NCBI GenBank assembly: GCA_038245785.1
Contig: JBBRSB010000011.1
Location: forward strand, 32,001-96,000
Direction of reading: 5' to 3'
From: Gloeobacterales cyanobacterium
GTDB lineage: Bacteria; Cyanobacteriota; Cyanobacteriia; Gloeobacterales; PMM-0068
DNA length: 64,000 nt
The position numbers and the translations under genes were made by a program. Of this stretch, positions 28,296 through 39,382 are shown in pieces; positions within the stretch are counted from its first letter, which is position 1, and each line of letters starts with the position of its first letter. The notes under the pieces were generated by a model, which searched no databases, was not told where the DNA came from, and saw only the letters and a program-made list of their open reading frames with translations.

Positions 28296-28350
28296 GTTCT
28301 TGGAGTGTGACCTGACGGCCTTTGCTGTTGCAGGAAACACTCCCAAGAAC
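28296..28350 (+). terminator. Long stem-loop after the secreted protein gene
   Basis: GTTCTTGGAGTGT...ACACTCCCAAGAAC; a second hairpin TTCGAGTGCTA..TAGCGCTCGAA at about 28366-28394. Confidence 0.45.
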
Positions 28351-28530
28351 TGGCTAACGCTAAAATTCGAGTGCTAGGTTCCCTTAGCGCTCGAAATTTG
28401 TCAAAAAACGTCTTATTTATTTGATTAATGAGTAAATTTCTGACTTATGAGCAGCTACGCACAACTTTTCAATCTCTAAAAGGAAGATGCTTGCTTCTCA
28501 ATGAAAACCTAATCTGGGGAAATTATTCTA

Positions 28531-30420
28531 ATGATTAATCAAATTCCAGAAAAGCAAATGCACTATGTGCGCTGGCTTTTAACGGTTGCCTGGGCTGTCT
28601 TAATCGGCTCCCTCTTCTATGACCCCATTTCTACTCAATTAACCGATTTCCATACTCTCTGGAGCCCCTTCCATCTCCAGGATGCCTGCATCCCTTTCCA
28701 AGGAAACTGCATGCAGCCTTTGCCCTATTCCATGGGGCCAAGAATTTTCTGGGGGATGGTCCTTCCCAGTGCCATCCTCTTGCTTCTCTTCTTTGGTCAT
28801 GAAGTCTGGAGACGGATCTGCCCTCTCTCGTTCATTGCCCAACTTCCTCGGGCTCTGGGATTGCAGCACAAACGTTTAACGATTAAACCTTTGACTGGAG
28901 AGTTTGCCTATGAACCTGTCAAAGTCAGCAAAGACTCTTGGCTCGGTCGCAACTATCTCTATCTACAGTTTTCTCTTCTATTCCTTGGCCTCAATGTCCG
29001 ACTGCTCTTCGTAAACTCAGACTGTTTAGCCTTAGGCCTCTATTTGGTCGCTACTATCTTATTAGCGATGGGGGTCAACTACTGGTACGGCGGCAAGAGC
29101 TGGTGTCATTACGTTTGCCCTATGGCTCCCGTGCAGATGGTCTATACCGGCCCTAGAGGCTTACTAGGGAGCAAAGCACACCAGGACAAGAAGAATATTA
29201 CCCAATCGATGTGTCGTATCGTGGATGAAAAAGGTAAAGAGAAAAGTGCCTGTGTCGGGTGCAAAGCGACGTGTTTGGATATTGACATTGAGAAGTCCTA
29301 CTGGGAGGACCTGCATCAGCCCGACCGCAAGTTTTTGTACTACGGCTATCTGGGCTTGGTGATTGGTTTCTATCTCTATTTTTTCTTGTATTCCGGCGAT
29401 GCGAACTTTTTTGCGACCGGGGCCTGGAGCGAGATGAACCAGACGGCGACGCTCTTTCAACCTGGCTTTTACATAGCAGGTCATCTGCTGCCGATCCCGA
29501 AATTAATTGCGGTCCCTTTAACGCTATCGGTGTGCACGGGCTTGAGCTATGGCCTGGGCTTGTGGATAGAGACGGTGTACAAAGGGATGACGAAATCTTC
29601 CTCTCAGCAGAAAGCGCAGCGACAAATATTTAGTACTTTTACGCAGGTGCAGCATCGGATTCTGACGACGTTTACGTTTTTGTCATTTCATGTTCTGTAC
29701 TTCTTGGGCATTTATCCCTCCTTAAGTTGGATCTCCTTACCGTTGCAAGAAGCGGTGACCTGGCTAGTGATGATTGCCAGTGCGGCTTGGTTTTATCGGA
29801 CGTTGAAGCGCAGTGCCGAGCAGTACAAGCGGGAGAGTCGGGTGAGCAGTTTGCGACGGAGTTTAGACCAGTTGGCGATAGACTTTCCGCAGGTGTTGGA
29901 GGGCCGCACGCTAGAAGAGCTGGCAGCGGATGAGGTATATATTTTGGGCAAGATTCTGCCGGATTTGATGCGGGATAAGGAATTGCTGGAGGAGGCGTTA
30001 GCGCAAAAGGATGCAGATTTTTCAGCTCAGCGAGAGACTTTAGAAAAAATTAAGCAGGCAGTAGCAAGTAAGCCGTCACAGGTTGTTACTCCTCGGCCTA
30101 CGGCTATCATGTCTCAGGCTAGTGCGCCTCCATCATCTGGCCCCAGTGCCGTTCAATCAGAGCTTTACTCCGCGTTGAACTTAGAAATCGTCCAAGAGGA
30201 ATATTTGTACTTGGATGCTTTGTTGACAGATCTGTTAGGTTCGATAGGTCCGCTGCTATTGCGTCATACGGTTCTGCAGGTATCAAACACTCAAGAGCTA
30301 GTGCAGAAACTAAATCCGCATATCCCCCTGCATCGTTTAGCAGAGTTTCAAGCCAGAACCATGCCCCTTCTCCAAAAAACAACAGTTCAACCCCAAGAGC
30401 ACACCTATTCAAAAACTTAG
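28531..30420 (+). CDS. Polytopic 4Fe-4S-binding membrane protein (NapH/NosR-like CxxxCP motifs) with soluble C-terminal helical domain
   Basis: WRRICPLS, SWCHYVCPMAP, CVGCKATCLDID; many TM segments. Confidence 0.85.
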   Translation: MINQIPEKQMHYVRWLLTVAWAVLIGSLFYDPISTQLTDFHTLWSPFHLQDACIPFQGNCMQPLPYSMGPRIFWGMVLPSAILLLLFFGHEVWRRICPLSFIAQLPRALGLQHKRLTIKPLTGEFAYEPVKVSKDSWLGRNYLYLQFSLLFLGLNVRLLFVNSDCLALGLYLVATILLAMGVNYWYGGKSWCHYVCPMAPVQMVYTGPRGLLGSKAHQDKKNITQSMCRIVDEKGKEKSACVGCKATCLDIDIEKSYWEDLHQPDRKFLYYGYLGLVIGFYLYFFLYSGDANFFATGAWSEMNQTATLFQPGFYIAGHLLPIPKLIAVPLTLSVCTGLSYGLGLWIETVYKGMTKSSSQQKAQRQIFSTFTQVQHRILTTFTFLSFHVLYFLGIYPSLSWISLPLQEAVTWLVMIASAAWFYRTLKRSAEQYKRESRVSSLRRSLDQLAIDFPQVLEGRTLEELAADEVYILGKILPDLMRDKELLEEALAQKDADFSAQRETLEKIKQAVASKPSQVVTPRPTAIMSQASAPPSSGPSAVQSELYSALNLEIVQEEYLYLDALLTDLLGSIGPLLLRHTVLQVSNTQELVQKLNPHIPLHRLAEFQARTMPLLQKTTVQPQEHTYSKT

Positions 30421-30531
30421 GTCGTCTGCCAAGGCTTCTGTATTTTTCTCTAAACTCATTAAGAGTCTCGTAACATTACACCCTAGGCTTTGCCATGCTA
30501 TGCCTTAGAGATATACAGAAGGAATGCTCCT

Positions 30532-31983
30532 ATGGTCTTACCTATCCTCGTTGCCAAAGGCGAACAAGAATGCTTTTTGCTACCTAAGTTAGCAAATCGC
30601 CATGGCCTGATTGCAGGAGCAACTGGGACGGGTAAAACAGTCTCTATTCAGGTATTGGCCGAAAAATTTAGCCGGATGGGTGTACCTGTATTTATGTCTG
30701 ATGTGAAAGGAGACTTTTCGGGGATTAGTCAAGCAGGGAGCGAGAACCCGAAGATTCAAGAGCGCATAGAACAATTAGGACTTGATGATTTCGAGTTTAC
30801 GGCCAGCCCTGTGACCTTTTGGGATGTCTTTGGAGCGCAGGGACATCCCATGCGCGCCACTATCTCAGATATGGGACCCCTACTCCTCAGCCGCCTCCTA
30901 AATCTGAACGATACCCAAACAGGTGTACTGAGCTTGGTTTTTAAGATTGCTGATGATGATGGGTTGTTGCTGATAGACCTGAAAGACCTGCGTTCTATGC
31001 TTAAGTACGTGGGGGACAATGCCAAGGAATTCCAGACTGAGTATGGGACTGTCTCTACCGCTAGTGTTGGCGCTATTCGGCGTGGACTTTTGGCCCTGGA
31101 AGAACAGGGGGGAGACCAATTTTTTGGAGCACCCGCCCTCAATCTTGATGACTTGATCCAGAACGATAGTCAAGGACGGGGCATGATCAATGTCTTGGCG
31201 GCAGACAAACTGATGCACGTTCCCAAGTTGTATTCCACGTTCCTCCTATGGCTGCTCGCTGAACTCTTCGAACGCTTGCCGGAAGTGGGAGATTTGGCAA
31301 AGCCCAAACTCATATTCTTCTTCGATGAAGCCCATTTGCTTTTTGACCAAGCTCCCGAGGCGCTTCAGGAAAAAATCGAACAGGTTGTCCGCCTAATTCG
31401 TTCTAAAGGCGTTGGCGTCTACTTTATTAGTCAAAATCCAACCGATATTCCAGATACCGTATTGGGACAATTGGGTAACCGCATCCAACACGCGCTACGA
31501 GCCTTTAACCCCCGCGACCAGAAGGCGATCAAGGCCGCAGCGCAAACCTTCCGCAGCAACCCGAAGTTGAAGGTAGAAACAGCAATCACAGAACTTGAAG
31601 TCGGGGAAGCGCTGGTTTCTTTTCTCGATGACAAGGGTACGCCAGGAGTGGTGGAACGCGCTTTTATCTGTCCGCCCCAAGGGAAAATTGGTGCGATTAC
31701 TCCGGAACAACGCCAGCAAATTATTCAACAGTCCTTAGTCTATGGACATTACGAAAAAGAGGTCGACCGCGAGTCAGCCTACGAGCTGCTGAAGGTGCGC
31801 GCTGAACAAACGGCTCAAGCGGAGGCAGCAGCGGAAACTGTTAACCAGAAGCAATCGAAGAGCCGTCAACCGGATGATATCTGGGCATCAATGGCCAAGA
31901 GTGCAGCCCGTGCAGCCAGCAGTCAAGCGGGCCGCCAGATTGTTCGGGGCATTTTGGGTTCTATCTTTTGGGGCCGTCGTTAG
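30532..31983 (+). CDS. HerA-like ATPase, DUF853/YjgR family
   Basis: [49 protein letters not shown]. Confidence 0.93.
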   Translation: MVLPILVAKGEQECFLLPKLANRHGLIAGATGTGKTVSIQVLAEKFSRMGVPVFMSDVKGDFSGISQAGSENPKIQERIEQLGLDDFEFTASPVTFWDVFGAQGHPMRATISDMGPLLLSRLLNLNDTQTGVLSLVFKIADDDGLLLIDLKDLRSMLKYVGDNAKEFQTEYGTVSTASVGAIRRGLLALEEQGGDQFFGAPALNLDDLIQNDSQGRGMINVLAADKLMHVPKLYSTFLLWLLAELFERLPEVGDLAKPKLIFFFDEAHLLFDQAPEALQEKIEQVVRLIRSKGVGVYFISQNPTDIPDTVLGQLGNRIQHALRAFNPRDQKAIKAAAQTFRSNPKLKVETAITELEVGEALVSFLDDKGTPGVVERAFICPPQGKIGAITPEQRQQIIQQSLVYGHYEKEVDRESAYELLKVRAEQTAQAEAAAETVNQKQSKSRQPDDIWASMAKSAARAASSQAGRQIVRGILGSIFWGRR

Positions 31984-31989
31984 CAAACG

Positions 31990-34785
31990 CTATTTGGCTA
32001 AACGCTGCTCTTGCCAGCGCAAAAAAGCCTTACGCAACTCGTCAAGGAGCAAAATAATCGGGGTCCAGGCTAAAACAAAGGCCCACTCAACCAGACCAAG
32101 AGGGGCTGTGTTGAACACACCCTGAAAGAAGGGGACGTAAATCAAAAGCCCGAGGATACCTAGCTCAAATGCAATACCTGCCAACACCAGGCGATTCGAA
32201 AAGAGACCGATTTTGAAGACGGAGACGCGGTCTGTTCGGCAACCGAATACTGCCCCCACTTGAGTGGACACAATCGCGGCAAAGGTCATCGTAGTAGCCA
32301 TTCGATAGTCCAGGGTTCCTTCCTGCGCGAGGGCTACCCCCGGCCATCCTAGCCGTCCGTTCAGGAAAAAGTAGGCAGACATGGCGGCGACCGATTCTAG
32401 CAAGCCATACCACAACAAGGCACGGGTTAGCAGAGCACCGTTGAGTAAGGGCTCTTGGCGAGAACGCGGTGGACGATCCATGATTCCTGATTCTGGGGCT
32501 TCCGCCCCTAAACCAATCGCAGGAACCATATCCGTACCCAAATCGATAGCCAATACCTGCATCACGGTTAAGGGTAGGGGAATGCCTCCACGGGAAAACA
32601 GCATCACCACAAAAGGTACAGCCTCCGCCATATTGCTGTTGAAAACGTACATCGCAAACTTGCGAATATTGGCATAGACGGCCCGTCCTTCCTCGATCGC
32701 ATTGACGATCGAGGCAAAGTTATCATCCGTCAGGATCATGTCCGCCGCTTCCTTGGCCACATCGGTGCCTGTAAGCCCCATCGCCACCCCAATATCGGAT
32801 TGCTTCAAGGCAGGGGCATCATTGACGCCATCGCCTGTGACTGCCACCACATGCCCCATGGATTGGAGAGCGGTGACTACACGCAGTTTCTGTTCAGGCG
32901 CAACCCGAGCAAAGAGTACTTCCTTTCCAAGATGTTCCTTGAGGACTTCATCACTCATTCCTTCTAGTTCTGGCCCTGTGACAATCTGGGCAGGGTAGGT
33001 GCGAATGATGCCAATATTGCGGGCGATGCTCTCGGCGGTTAACCCATAGTCGCCAGTAATCATCACTACCCGGATGCCCGCTCGGTAACATTTTTCTACC
33101 GCTGCTGCTGCTTCTGGTCGGGGCGGGTCCATCATGGCGATCAACCCAAGAAAGGTCAGGTCACATTCAACTGTTTCCGGTCTAGGAACACCTAAGTTAG
33201 TGGGCAGAGAACGCAGGGCAATCGCCAAAACTCTGAGTCCATTGGAGGCATATTGATCATTGACCGCTATGATTTGAGCCCTCAAGTCTTCTGCTAAAGG
33301 ACTTATCTGACCGTTAATCTGAATCTGAGTGCAGAGGTCCAGGATTTCTTTAGGGGCTCCTTTTACATAGGCAACGGAAGTTCCTGCCAACCCTCGATGA
33401 ACGGTACTCATCCGTTTGCGATGAGAATCGAAGGGCAGTTCCCGTAATCGTGGGGTCCGGATGGCTTCAGCTTCAAGATTCAGACCGCCCTTAAGGGCCA
33501 CTACCCGCAGCGCCGCTTCCGTCGGATCGCCCAGCTCTTTCCAGTGGTTAGAGCCATCCGTGGGCGGAAGTAAACGGGCATCATTGCACAGCCCAGCGGC
33601 GATGAGCAACTGCTGAAGGTCCCCCTCTACGGGCGAGGAAACAGGATCATCTCCCTCTAGAATCTGTCCCTCGGTGTCATAGCCCACACCCGTCACGGTG
33701 AGGCTGCGGTCCGCGACCCATAGGGCACGTACCGTCATTTCATTTTCCGTAAGCGTTCCTGTCTTGTCGGTACAGATAACGGTGGTACAGCCTAGGGTCT
33801 CAACCGCTGATAGCTTTTTAATCAAGGCATTACGCTTGGCCATACGCTGCACGCCCATGGCTAAGGACAGTGTCACCGTCGGCAGCAATCCCTCAGGCAC
33901 AAAGGCAACAATCATACCCATCGCGAAGATGAAACCCGCTGCCAAATTCACACCTGCCAGAGAAACGGCAAGCACAAAGAAAAGAACCCCCATGCTGACG
34001 GCCAAAGCCGTCACCACCTTAGTCACCCGGTCCAGCTCTTTCTGCAAGGGACTAGGTTCATCAACAATGTTCTGGGTAAGATGCGTAATCTTGCCAAACT
34101 CAGTGCTCATACCTGTGGCAAAAACGACAGCCTTTGCAACTCCAGTCGCCACGCTCGTGCCAGCAAACACAAGATCTGGGACTTCAGCACGAGTCATTCC
34201 TGTTCTCGGAGCGGCTTCATCGGTCTTACCCACGGGTTGAGATTCACCCGTAAGCGTAGATTGGTCCACCTTTAGTTCAGCCGCCTCTACCAAGCGACCA
34301 TCGGCTGAAATGCGGTCCCCTTCTGCCAAGAGCATCAGGTCGCCTGGCACTAGCTCCTCCGCCAGGATCGATTGTTCTACCCCCTCGCGAAGTACTCGGG
34401 CAGAAGTTGGGAGTAGTCTTTGTAGAGCCTCTGTCGCTTTCTCCGCTTTGTACTCCTGCCAAAAGCTAAAAGCTCCGTTGATTACATTTACAGTCCAGAT
34501 AGCAAATCCCAGTTGCGGTAATTGGGCTATAAAACCAACCGCACCACCAACCCAAAGCAAGAGCGCCATAAGGTGGGTAAAGTTGGCCAGGAATTTTAGA
34601 ACTAGCGGTTTCCCTTTCACTTTAATCAGGCTGTTGTGACCAAAACGGTTCAGACGCTCTTGCACTTCCGCTTGCGTCAGTCCCTGCGGCCTCGTCTCCA
34701 GGCTTTTGTAGACTTCTGGAATAGGTACGGCATGGAGATTGGTTTTTATGGCAATCTCAGAAGATACATCGCGGGTTACAGCCAT
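31990..34785 (-). CDS. Cation-transporting P-type ATPase (type II)
   Basis: TGES, PEGL, DKTGTLT, KGAP, MITGD, TGDGVNDAPALK. Confidence 0.96.
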   Translation of the reverse strand: MAVTRDVSSEIAIKTNLHAVPIPEVYKSLETRPQGLTQAEVQERLNRFGHNSLIKVKGKPLVLKFLANFTHLMALLLWVGGAVGFIAQLPQLGFAIWTVNVINGAFSFWQEYKAEKATEALQRLLPTSARVLREGVEQSILAEELVPGDLMLLAEGDRISADGRLVEAAELKVDQSTLTGESQPVGKTDEAAPRTGMTRAEVPDLVFAGTSVATGVAKAVVFATGMSTEFGKITHLTQNIVDEPSPLQKELDRVTKVVTALAVSMGVLFFVLAVSLAGVNLAAGFIFAMGMIVAFVPEGLLPTVTLSLAMGVQRMAKRNALIKKLSAVETLGCTTVICTDKTGTLTENEMTVRALWVADRSLTVTGVGYDTEGQILEGDDPVSSPVEGDLQQLLIAAGLCNDARLLPPTDGSNHWKELGDPTEAALRVVALKGGLNLEAEAIRTPRLRELPFDSHRKRMSTVHRGLAGTSVAYVKGAPKEILDLCTQIQINGQISPLAEDLRAQIIAVNDQYASNGLRVLAIALRSLPTNLGVPRPETVECDLTFLGLIAMMDPPRPEAAAAVEKCYRAGIRVVMITGDYGLTAESIARNIGIIRTYPAQIVTGPELEGMSDEVLKEHLGKEVLFARVAPEQKLRVVTALQSMGHVVAVTGDGVNDAPALKQSDIGVAMGLTGTDVAKEAADMILTDDNFASIVNAIEEGRAVYANIRKFAMYVFNSNMAEAVPFVVMLFSRGGIPLPLTVMQVLAIDLGTDMVPAIGLGAEAPESGIMDRPPRSRQEPLLNGALLTRALLWYGLLESVAAMSAYFFLNGRLGWPGVALAQEGTLDYRMATTMTFAAIVSTQVGAVFGCRTDRVSVFKIGLFSNRLVLAGIAFELGILGLLIYVPFFQGVFNTAPLGLVEWAFVLAWTPIILLLDELRKAFLRWQEQRLAK

Positions 34786-34835
34786 AGCGCAAGGCTAGCG
34801 GACGTTTAAATAGATTGCAATCCTTTAAACCCTAG

Positions 34836-35399
34836 TCACTCTTCTAAGCTATAAACAGGTTCTGGACGAGGCAAAGAAGTCGGCTGCGAGAGGAAAGCCA
34901 CCGCTTGGATGATCGTATCTTCAGAAAGCTGGATTTTTTCCATACGGACCAAGCCCTCATTCACCAAAGCGGCTTTGGCAAAACCTTGACCATCCGTACG
35001 CAGCGCCAAAGGCACTTCAAAATATATTTCTTTAATGCCTGAGGCAATAATCAGCTTCAGACAGGAAAGGCAGGGTTCTAAGGTGGCGTAGATCGTTGCA
35101 CCGTCTACAGAAATTCCCTTCTTAGCCGCCATAGCGATTGCATTCGCTTCGGCATGGGAAGAGCGAGAAGGATAGGCCTGGTCTGCATCACAGCGGCTGA
35201 TGCCTTCATAGCAATAGCCCATGTCGGTGCAGTGATGCGCCCCAGCGGGGGGTCCATTGTAGCCAGTGGCAAGAACCTGCTTATCTTTGACAACCACGGC
35301 TCCGACGGCTGCGGCTCTACAGGTAGAGCGGGTGGCAGCCAGTTTCGCCAGAAGCATAAAATATTCGTTCCAGGTGGGCCGATGACTGATAGAAAGCAT
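34836..35399 (-). CDS. dCMP deaminase / ComEB family
   Basis: RSTC..VGAV..ATGYNG, HAEANAI, PCLSC zinc motif. Confidence 0.92.
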   Translation of the reverse strand: MLSISHRPTWNEYFMLLAKLAATRSTCRAAAVGAVVVKDKQVLATGYNGPPAGAHHCTDMGYCYEGISRCDADQAYPSRSSHAEANAIAMAAKKGISVDGATIYATLEPCLSCLKLIIASGIKEIYFEVPLALRTDGQGFAKAALVNEGLVRMEKIQLSEDTIIQAVAFLSQPTSLPRPEPVYSLEE

Positions 35400-35438
35400 A
35401 GGCTAAACATACCATTGAAGCCTGTCTACTTCTCCAGT

Positions 35439-36920
35439 CTAGTAGGCCCCACGTCTCTGAAAAACAACCTTAACCGTCCGGAGCAAAATCTGAAAATCTA
35501 GCCACAAAGACCAGTTTTCGATATAGGTCGTGTCGAGTCGGACGACCTCTTCAAAGTCCGTGATTTCTGAACGGCCTGAGACCTGCCATAGTCCTGTAAT
35601 TCCGGGGAGGACTTCATGACGAATAAAATGGTGGTCGTCAAATTTTTCTACATCCCTTAGAGGGAAAGGGCGAGGTCCAATCAGACTCATTTCTCCAAAC
35701 AAGACATTAAATAGCTGAGGCAGCTCATCCAAACTGAAGCGACGAAGGACGTTGCCAATTTTGGTAATCCGTGGATCGTGCTTCATCTTGAACATGATGC
35801 CGTCTTGCATTTCGTTCTGAGACTCTAAGTCCTTCTGTAATTGGTCGGCATTCGTGACCATAGTGCGGAACTTCCAAACCTTAAACTGCTGACCCCGTAG
35901 ACCAACTCGGGTTTGTCTATAGAAAATAGGTCCAGCAGAATCTAGCCGAATCAGAAGGGCAATGATCAGGTAGAGAGGAGCAGTTAAAAGCAGCGCAATC
36001 GCAGCAGTCAGGAAATCGAAACCTCGCTTTACCAAAAAATCTGTACCAGAGATGAAGGGAGGGGAGAAGCGCGTAGCCGGTAAACCACCTACCATGAGGA
36101 AATCAGGTTTCTGCAGAAGAAGGGGCTCTAAACCAATGGGCAAGACATATAAGGTAATCCCAGCGTTACGCAAACGCCAATAGAGGAACATGGGGTTTTC
36201 TATGGGATAGGAAGAACAGATAAAAACCTCTGCTACTCCCAAGCTAATGATGTGGCTAATCGTTTCTTCCCCATCCTCTTCTTCTAGAGAGAGGATATCG
36301 GAAGTTCCCAGAATTCGGTAACGTCCCTCCCGCTCCAATAGGGCAGCCGCCGCAGATACATCCTTAGGATGGCCCAACAGATAAGCAGGATAGAGAACAG
36401 CGCCTTTCTCTCGTAGATATTCAACAGCTCCATCGGCAACGAATCGGCCCAGGCAGACAAAAAGGACGCTCAAGAACCAAGACAGGATAAAGGTCGAACG
36501 GGAGACAAAATAACCAGGCTGATAGAAAAAAGCAATCAGCAGAAGAAATACATGGGACAAGGTCAGCGACTGCGTAATCCTAAAATAATCACGACGCTTG
36601 CCTCCTGCATCGTACAAACCTCTACTAATTAAGAGACCCACCGCAAGAATCAGAATAAGAAAGAGAAATTGTGGATTCCGTCCAATTTTCCAGACGGAAG
36701 CAAGCGGAGTTCCATAAACTTCTGCAACCCGCCAAGCCATGCTGATCAAAATGCAATCTATGGCAATCAAAAAGGGGGTACGAAATAAAGCAATGCCAAG
36801 TCCTTTGCGGATACTTGCAAAGACAGGAGCCCTGAGGTCAAGATTATAGGGTTTAGAAGATTTAAGGGAAGGAACTTGCACTGGTAAGTTCTCCGTAATA
36901 TGTCTAGGACCCTTAGTCAT
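35439..36920 (-). CDS. Polyprenyl-phosphate priming sugar transferase (WcaJ/WbaP family)
   Basis: KRGFD, KFRTM, DPRITKIG..LRRFSLDELPQL, PGITGLWQVSGRS. Confidence 0.94.
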   Translation of the reverse strand: MTKGPRHITENLPVQVPSLKSSKPYNLDLRAPVFASIRKGLGIALFRTPFLIAIDCILISMAWRVAEVYGTPLASVWKIGRNPQFLFLILILAVGLLISRGLYDAGGKRRDYFRITQSLTLSHVFLLLIAFFYQPGYFVSRSTFILSWFLSVLFVCLGRFVADGAVEYLREKGAVLYPAYLLGHPKDVSAAAALLEREGRYRILGTSDILSLEEEDGEETISHIISLGVAEVFICSSYPIENPMFLYWRLRNAGITLYVLPIGLEPLLLQKPDFLMVGGLPATRFSPPFISGTDFLVKRGFDFLTAAIALLLTAPLYLIIALLIRLDSAGPIFYRQTRVGLRGQQFKVWKFRTMVTNADQLQKDLESQNEMQDGIMFKMKHDPRITKIGNVLRRFSLDELPQLFNVLFGEMSLIGPRPFPLRDVEKFDDHHFIRHEVLPGITGLWQVSGRSEITDFEEVVRLDTTYIENWSLWLDFQILLRTVKVVFQRRGAY

Positions 36921-37078
36921 GTGTCTCTTCAGTTACGTATTTATACGCAAAACAGATTCGCTATTGTCAATTTATGTTAACAGTAAGATACAGATAGTTG
37001 ATGTATCAAATAATGCATCTTGCTTGAAATTCAGTTCAATGAAGACTTTCTTCGAAGATTGCATCAGGCCTGGCAAAT

Positions 37079-37996
37079 CTAGGCTTCGGCGGTCTGTGGC
37101 TTGGCCCCTTTACGTTCCCGCCACCAGGTCAAAAGAATGCTGGCATTGAAAATACTGGAGTAGGTACCGCTCATAAATCCAACAATCAGGGCAAGCGCAA
37201 AGTCATGAATGGTTTGTCCACCGAAAATATAGAGCGCGAACAGGGTGAGCAGAGCCGTTAGAGAAGTATTGATTGAACGGGCTAAGGTTTGGTTAACGGA
37301 TTCGTCCACAATCTCACGGAAGGCTTTTTTGCGAGAAATGAATTTCAAGTTTTCTCGAATACGGTCGTAGACAACAACTGTATCGTTCACCGAAAAACCA
37401 ATAATCGTCAACAGAGCCACCACAAAAAGAGAGTCTACCTCTGTCTTAAACACTAAGCCTAAGATGGCGAAGAAGCCCATCGTAACTAGCACATCATGAA
37501 CCAGCGCTACCAAAGCAAAAATGGCATAGTCCGTTTGGAAGCGGAAGCTGATGTATACGGTGATACCCAAGAAGGCAAGCAGTAGTGCCAGGATGCCATT
37601 GGTAAACAATTCCTTGCCCAAGGTCGGCCCTACAACTTCTACCCGCTCCAGCGTGAATGTACCCAAGTCTTTTTTGAGTTCCTCCTGGAGGGCAAGACGT
37701 TCGTTTTGTGCCAAAGGTTTCGTGCGGATTAGAATCTCTTCTTCTCCAGCTTTTTGGATAATGCTATTCGCCAAGTCTCTCTGCCCTAGCGCTTCTCGCA
37801 CTTTCGAAGGATCAGGAACTAGCTGCGCGGAGGGAAAGCGCATTTGGAGCAAGGTTCCTCCGGTGAAGTCAATGCCCAGCCGCAGGGGGCTGCCTATGGT
37901 CGCCCAAGAGATTGCCATAGCGATCAGGCCAATGGCGATGAATCCACTAGAGAGAGAGAGCCACAGGGTGCGGTTACGATTAACATTCAGTTGCAT
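37079..37996 (-). CDS. secF: Protein translocase subunit SecF
   Basis: LGIDFTGGT, VGPTLGKEL, GFSVNDTVVVYDRIRE. Confidence 0.97.
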   Translation of the reverse strand: MQLNVNRNRTLWLSLSSGFIAIGLIAMAISWATIGSPLRLGIDFTGGTLLQMRFPSAQLVPDPSKVREALGQRDLANSIIQKAGEEEILIRTKPLAQNERLALQEELKKDLGTFTLERVEVVGPTLGKELFTNGILALLLAFLGITVYISFRFQTDYAIFALVALVHDVLVTMGFFAILGLVFKTEVDSLFVVALLTIIGFSVNDTVVVYDRIRENLKFISRKKAFREIVDESVNQTLARSINTSLTALLTLFALYIFGGQTIHDFALALIVGFMSGTYSSIFNASILLTWWRERKGAKPQTAEA

Positions 37997-38001
37997 AGCA
38001 G

Positions 38002-39312
38002 TTAGCTCGTTGCCGTATTGGAAGAATCAGAGGGCTTAACCCCAAAGAGGACCGGATTGCGCAGAGAGGGAATGTTCAACGCCAAATACAAAAAGGTGCG
38101 GGTACAGGTCAGTGCAGAAAAGAGGCTGACGAGAATACCAATGCCTAAGGTCAGGGCAAATCCCCGTAAAATGCCCGAGCCGAGTACAAAAAGGACCGTA
38201 CAAGAAACCAGGGTCGTGACATGGCTATCTAGAATACTGGAAAAAGCCCGACTAAATCCTGCTTCCACCGCCGTGAATATTTTCTTACCGCTCTTTATCT
38301 CTTCCTTGGTCCGCTCAAAAATCAGGACATTCGCATCTACAGCAATCCCGATCGAGAGAATAAATCCGGCAATCCCCGGCAATGTCAGCGTTACCGGAAT
38401 CAGTTTAAAAATAGCCAACGTAGTCAGGGTGTAGATCAAGAGCGAGATATCTGCAAAAAATCCAGGCATCCGGTAGTAAAGCAGCATGAAAACCAGCACG
38501 GCGATCGTTCCGCCTAAACCCGCCGTCAGGCTCTTGCGCAGACTGTCTTCGCCTAAGGTTGCTCCCACGGTGCGGTTCTCGATCACCTCTACGGGTACCG
38601 GAAGGGCCCCTGCATTCAGCTTCGTCGCCGTGTCGGTAGCCTCTTGTGCCGTAAAGGTTCCTGTGATTACGGCCTGTCCTCCCGTAATTCCCTTGCCCGC
38701 AAATTCAGGCCCTACCGTGGGGGCACTCACCAATTTATTGTCTAGAAAAATACCAAGGCGGCGTCCTGTCCCGCCTAGGTTCCCGGTTAGTTGGGCAAAT
38801 AGCTCTCCGCCTCTGGGTGTAAACTCCAGCGCTACATCCCAGGCCCGACCTTGCGTGGACTTAGGGGTAGATTTCTTGAGATCGCCTCCGGTGAGCCCTG
38901 TTTTCTTCCACTTGGGTGCGCCCAGCGGGTCAGTGCCGACCTGCTCGCGAAAATCTAATTGGGCGGTGTCTCCGAGAAGCTTAATCGCTCGGTCTGGGTC
39001 TTTAACGCCAGGGAGTTGGATCAGAAGCTGGTCTACGCCTTTTTGCTGCACGGTTGCTTCTGCCACCCCCAGACCATTGACCCGCTGTTCAATCACTACT
39101 TTGACCCCTTGCAGGATCTCAGAAGTGACCTTGGGAACTTCTGCCGTCGGTTTCGCTAAGAGTGTAAGCTGAGCACCTCCTCTGAGATCAAGTCCCAGAG
39201 CTACGGGTACAGGTTTTAGCTTGAAGGCCTGAGGAATAGGCTCAACGACTACGTAGAGTCCTCCAAGAACGACCGCTAGAATGAGAGCAAGAAGCCAATA
39301 CCTTTGTTGCAT
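38002..39312 (-). CDS. secD: Protein translocase subunit SecD
   Basis: LGLDLRGG, LNAGALPVP, VGATLG, IGIAVDANVLIFERTKEE. Confidence 0.97.
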   Translation of the reverse strand: MQQRYWLLALILAVVLGGLYVVVEPIPQAFKLKPVPVALGLDLRGGAQLTLLAKPTAEVPKVTSEILQGVKVVIEQRVNGLGVAEATVQQKGVDQLLIQLPGVKDPDRAIKLLGDTAQLDFREQVGTDPLGAPKWKKTGLTGGDLKKSTPKSTQGRAWDVALEFTPRGGELFAQLTGNLGGTGRRLGIFLDNKLVSAPTVGPEFAGKGITGGQAVITGTFTAQEATDTATKLNAGALPVPVEVIENRTVGATLGEDSLRKSLTAGLGGTIAVLVFMLLYYRMPGFFADISLLIYTLTTLAIFKLIPVTLTLPGIAGFILSIGIAVDANVLIFERTKEEIKSGKKIFTAVEAGFSRAFSSILDSHVTTLVSCTVLFVLGSGILRGFALTLGIGILVSLFSALTCTRTFLYLALNIPSLRNPVLFGVKPSDSSNTATS

Positions 39313-39382
39313 GGGATACTAATGTACGCCGTATATAAGGTAGCCCTTCCTGGGGACGCTTGTATCGAATTACAGGAAAACT

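Noticed and set aside
30532..31983. HerA-like ATPase as part of a defence system (e.g. Sir2-HerA)
   Set aside because: It is the standalone DUF853/YjgR type with no adjacent nuclease or sirtuin
34836..35399. Deaminase as an anti-phage dCTP deaminase
   Set aside because: Short ComEB/dCMP-deaminase form without the kinase domain, in a housekeeping context
38018..39172. Long plus-strand ORFs (138 and 228 aa)
   Set aside because: Antisense shadows of secD; the same applies to those opposite the P-type ATPase, DnaJ and M23 genes
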